Of a DNA stretch of 64,000 nt, positions 61,409 to 64,000 are shown in pieces; position 1 is the stretch's first letter, and every line of letters starts with the position of its first letter. The position numbers were made by a program, and so were the translations under genes. A model generated the notes under the pieces. That model searched no databases. It was given only the letters and a program-made list of their open reading frames with translations, and was not told the DNA's origin. Source of the stretch: Pseudomonadota bacterium (GTDB lineage: Bacteria; Pseudomonadota; Gammaproteobacteria; JAADHS01); assembly GCA_021821045.1 (NCBI GenBank), contig JAKACW010000009.1, forward strand, positions 1,109 to 65,108. Reading direction: 5' to 3'.

Positions 61409-63793
61409 CTATTTAGAACACACGGCGTGAATCTGGAACATGTCCGTGTGCCCTTGCACGACCTTCTCGACACCGTCCTGACGCAGCGTCCGCATGCCTT
61501 CCTTTAGCGCCGTTTGGGTCATGACCGATACAGTGTCCCGGTCCAGAATGTGGCGCTTGATGCCGTCGCTGCCGATCAGCAGTTCGTGCAAACCGATGCG
61601 GCCGGCATAGCCTTTGCCGTCGCACTTCTCGCAACCGACCTTGCGATATAGGCTGAGGCGCTGCTCGGGACCGCCGTATTTTTTCTTCCATTCATCCATG
61701 GTCTTGCGGTACAGCGCTTCCTTTTCTTCCTCGGATTCGATGTTCTTGGTGAATTCCACGCAGTATTCCCGCGCCAGATCCAAGATTTCGGTGTCGGACG
61801 GAACGTACTTCTCCTTGCAGTCCTTGCACAGCCGTTTGGCCAGACGTTGGGCCAGCACGCCGAGCAGGGCATCGGCGAAGTTGAAAGGGTCCATGCCCAT
61901 GTCCAGCAAGCGCACGATACTTTCCGGCGCGCTGTTGGTGTGCAAGGTGCTAAAGACCAAGTGACCGGTGAGCGAGGCTTCCACGCCGATGTGGACTGTT
62001 TCGTGATCGCGCATTTCGCCGACCATGATCACGTCCGGGTCGGCGCGCAGGAAGGCACGCATAGCGGCGGCGAAATCAAGACCGATCTTGGTATTCATCT
62101 GCACTTGCCGCAGGCCCTGTTGGGTGATTTCCACCGGGTCTTCAGCTGTCCAGATTTTTCGCTCGGGCGTGTTGATATAGCCCAGGATCGAGTGCAAGGT
62201 CGTCGTTTTACCGGAACCAGTCGGACCGCACACCAGGAACAGACCGTAGGGCGTCGAGACGGCTTTTTTCAGCGCATCGATGTTGTGGTCGCTTAAGGCG
62301 AGCTTGTCCAGCGGCAGCGGCTTGCCGCTGGCAAGAATACGCATGACCACGTCTTCCTGGCCGTTGGCTGTCGGGATGATCGCGACGCGCAGCTCCAATT
62401 TGCCGCCGTCGGACCTTTTGAATTCGATCTTGCCGTCCTGCGGTCGGCGCTTTTCCGAGATGTCCAGCTTTGCCAGAATCTTGATGCGGGAGATCAGCGC
62501 GTTTTTGTACTGGGACGGCAGTTCATGGTAATCCATCAAACTGCCGTCTTTGCGGAAGCGGATCTTGACTTTGCCTTTGCCCGGCGAGGGTTCGACGTGA
62601 ATGTCGGATACCCCTTGCCCTTGGGCGTCGACGATGACTTTGTTCAAAAGTTTGACGATGACGTTGTCGGTGATGTCTTTGTCGTCGACATTGTCTTCGT
62701 CTTCATCGTAGGACTGCAGATCCGTGCTGCCATCGGCGATTTCTTCGATGGATTCTTTGGCGATGTCATCGGCGGTATAGTAGTAAAGGATCGCTTTCTT
62801 GATCGATTCCGCGGTCGCCATGACCGGTTCGATGAAGATGTTGGTATGAAACCTCAGGGCGTCCAGGGCATCCCAGTCCATGGGGTTTTCGATGGCCACG
62901 GCGAGTTTTTCGTTGTAGAAATGCACCGGGATGACGGTGTGCTTTTCGGCGATCTCGTGGGGCACGTGCTTGAGCGCGTCGGGCGCGATTTGAAACTTGC
63001 CAAGATCGACGAACGGAATGCCCAATTTCTTGGCCAGGCTTTGCTGAATTTCACCGGTGGTAACGAGGCCCTTTTGGACCAGCAGCTCGCCCAGGGGCGT
63101 GCCCTTCTTGGTCTTCTGTTCCTCCAGCGCTTCATTGAGCTGTTCTTCCGTTACCAGATTCTCGCCGATCAGAATCTCGCCGAGCTTTAAATGGGGCATG
63201 GACTTCTGGCGAATCAACGCCTCGTGCAGGTCCTCGGCGTTGTCTATGGCCTTGGTCGACAAGTAGGCTTGCTTGTCTGCTTGCTCCGGCGGCTCGTTTT
63301 TGGGCGCGGGCGCGGCGGCTTTTCTAACCGGCGCCGCGCTGACAGCGAATTCCAGGCTTTCGCCGTTGACTTCACAACGGGTTAAGGCGCTGAACGGAAT
63401 ATAGGAGTGAACATACTTATTCGCGCCATGTTTCGGGTAGATGTGAACGCCGTGTTTGTCGCGGCAGTAACCAATACATTCGCCGGACAAGTCGCTGCCG
63501 TCATGGAAGAACAGACTGAACGGCATGGCCGGCGGATCCGATTCTTGGGGATTCCAGGGCTTGGGGCTTGTAATGTGCAGCGCCTGCAAACGCGCGAAGG
63601 GAACCTTGACCGGGCGCGGCTTATCCTTGAGGAACACGGCGACGAATGCCTGCTCGACGTTGAACAGGGCAAGCTTGGCCGGCAGGTTTGTGCCGTCCAC
63701 CAGGCCGACCATCACGTTTTCGCCAACCTTGATCGCGTTAGCGGGGTTGGGCTGGCAGCTCGGCGGTGACGGAAGCAGTATCGCGGTGTCCAT
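61409..63793 (-). CDS. GspE/PilB/MshE-family secretion ATPase with a c-di-GMP-binding-type MshEN domain and an extra ~190-aa N-terminal domain. Orphan.
   Basis: Two tandem MshEN-like motifs (LKLGEILIGENLVTEEQLNEALEEQ; PLGELLVQKGLVTTGEIQQSLAKKLGI). The T2SSE N-domain has the EPS-I-like box IVKLLNKVIVDAQ. Walker A is GPTGSGKTT. The Asp/His boxes are IMVGEMRDHET and GHLVFSTLHTN. A tetra-Cys zinc site is CKDC...CEKCDG. Residues 1-190 precede all of this and have no match I recognise. Confidence 0.85.
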   Translation of the reverse strand: MDTAILLPSPPSCQPNPANAIKVGENVMVGLVDGTNLPAKLALFNVEQAFVAVFLKDKPRPVKVPFARLQALHITSPKPWNPQESDPPAMPFSLFFHDGSDLSGECIGYCRDKHGVHIYPKHGANKYVHSYIPFSALTRCEVNGESLEFAVSAAPVRKAAAPAPKNEPPEQADKQAYLSTKAIDNAEDLHEALIRQKSMPHLKLGEILIGENLVTEEQLNEALEEQKTKKGTPLGELLVQKGLVTTGEIQQSLAKKLGIPFVDLGKFQIAPDALKHVPHEIAEKHTVIPVHFYNEKLAVAIENPMDWDALDALRFHTNIFIEPVMATAESIKKAILYYYTADDIAKESIEEIADGSTDLQSYDEDEDNVDDKDITDNVIVKLLNKVIVDAQGQGVSDIHVEPSPGKGKVKIRFRKDGSLMDYHELPSQYKNALISRIKILAKLDISEKRRPQDGKIEFKRSDGGKLELRVAIIPTANGQEDVVMRILASGKPLPLDKLALSDHNIDALKKAVSTPYGLFLVCGPTGSGKTTTLHSILGYINTPERKIWTAEDPVEITQQGLRQVQMNTKIGLDFAAAMRAFLRADPDVIMVGEMRDHETVHIGVEASLTGHLVFSTLHTNSAPESIVRLLDMGMDPFNFADALLGVLAQRLAKRLCKDCKEKYVPSDTEILDLAREYCVEFTKNIESEEEKEALYRKTMDEWKKKYGGPEQRLSLYRKVGCEKCDGKGYAGRIGLHELLIGSDGIKRHILDRDTVSVMTQTALKEGMRTLRQDGVEKVVQGHTDMFQIHAVCSK

Positions 63794-64000
63794 GGTTGTC
63801 CATATCGTTGGCTTGTAAATAAAGTCCTTCGCCGGCCCGCGGGCGAGCGTGTCCCTCCCGGCTGTTATCGACTGGCTTTTTCACGGACTTAAGCGATCGC
63901 GGCCGCTAATTTCGAATTAAAAACCTCCGCTGTAGTCATAGATCCCATATCGGTCATCGCTTTCACCCTACCGACTTACTGTATAATTCGGCCCCCTATG

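Overview
This is a 64 kb window of high-GC DNA (about 60-65% GC) from a gammaproteobacterium whose gene order resembles Pseudomonas (purH-fis-dusB, prmA-accC-accB-aroQ, dsbD-cutA, fxsA-groES-groEL, glnE-ilvE-waaF-waaC). It is a densely coded chromosomal backbone, and I could place nearly every gene by recognisable protein motifs. Content runs in map order: translation/biotin/chaperone housekeeping genes; a divergent pair made of a PstS-like binding protein and a soluble four-PAS hybrid histidine kinase; truC and uup; an orphan pilU-like ATPase; glnE and ilvE. Then comes a two-block LPS inner-core/lipid A cluster (waaF, waaC, GT2, GT9, asnB-like, GT4, GT9 | msbA, waaG-like, GT9, lpxL-like | hldE, hldD, waaA). 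After that come tolC, pcm, a TPP riboswitch with thiC, a HAMP sensor kinase, and a CHASE2 adenylate-cyclase operon. The window ends with a GspE/MshE-family ATPase. At least eight clusters of a two-type palindromic REP element (GTGGGAGCGGATCATTCCGCGAT and GTGGGAGCGGTTTCCTACCGCGATTCTTCG) sit in intergenic gaps. One cluster has destroyed a REP-associated tyrosine transposase (RAYT) gene, leaving only its 5' end. The candidates for undescribed biology are listed below.
- A class I SAM methyltransferase with a C-terminal wHTH tail, in an operon with a secreted Gly/Met-repeat peptide.
- A four-gene CHASE2-cyclase / SH3b / M48 protease / FadL-like OMP operon, convergent with an MshEN-type GspE ATPase that has an extra N-terminal domain.
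- A secreted Cys-rich protein with about seven repeats whose signal peptide is encoded by a (GCTGGC)7 microsatellite.
- A DsbD with a tandemly duplicated catalytic N-terminal domain.
- A secreted protein made of three repeats of an Ig-like domain.
Many long ORFs in the supplied track are GC-frame shadows of genes on the other strand or translations of REP elements. I rejected those.
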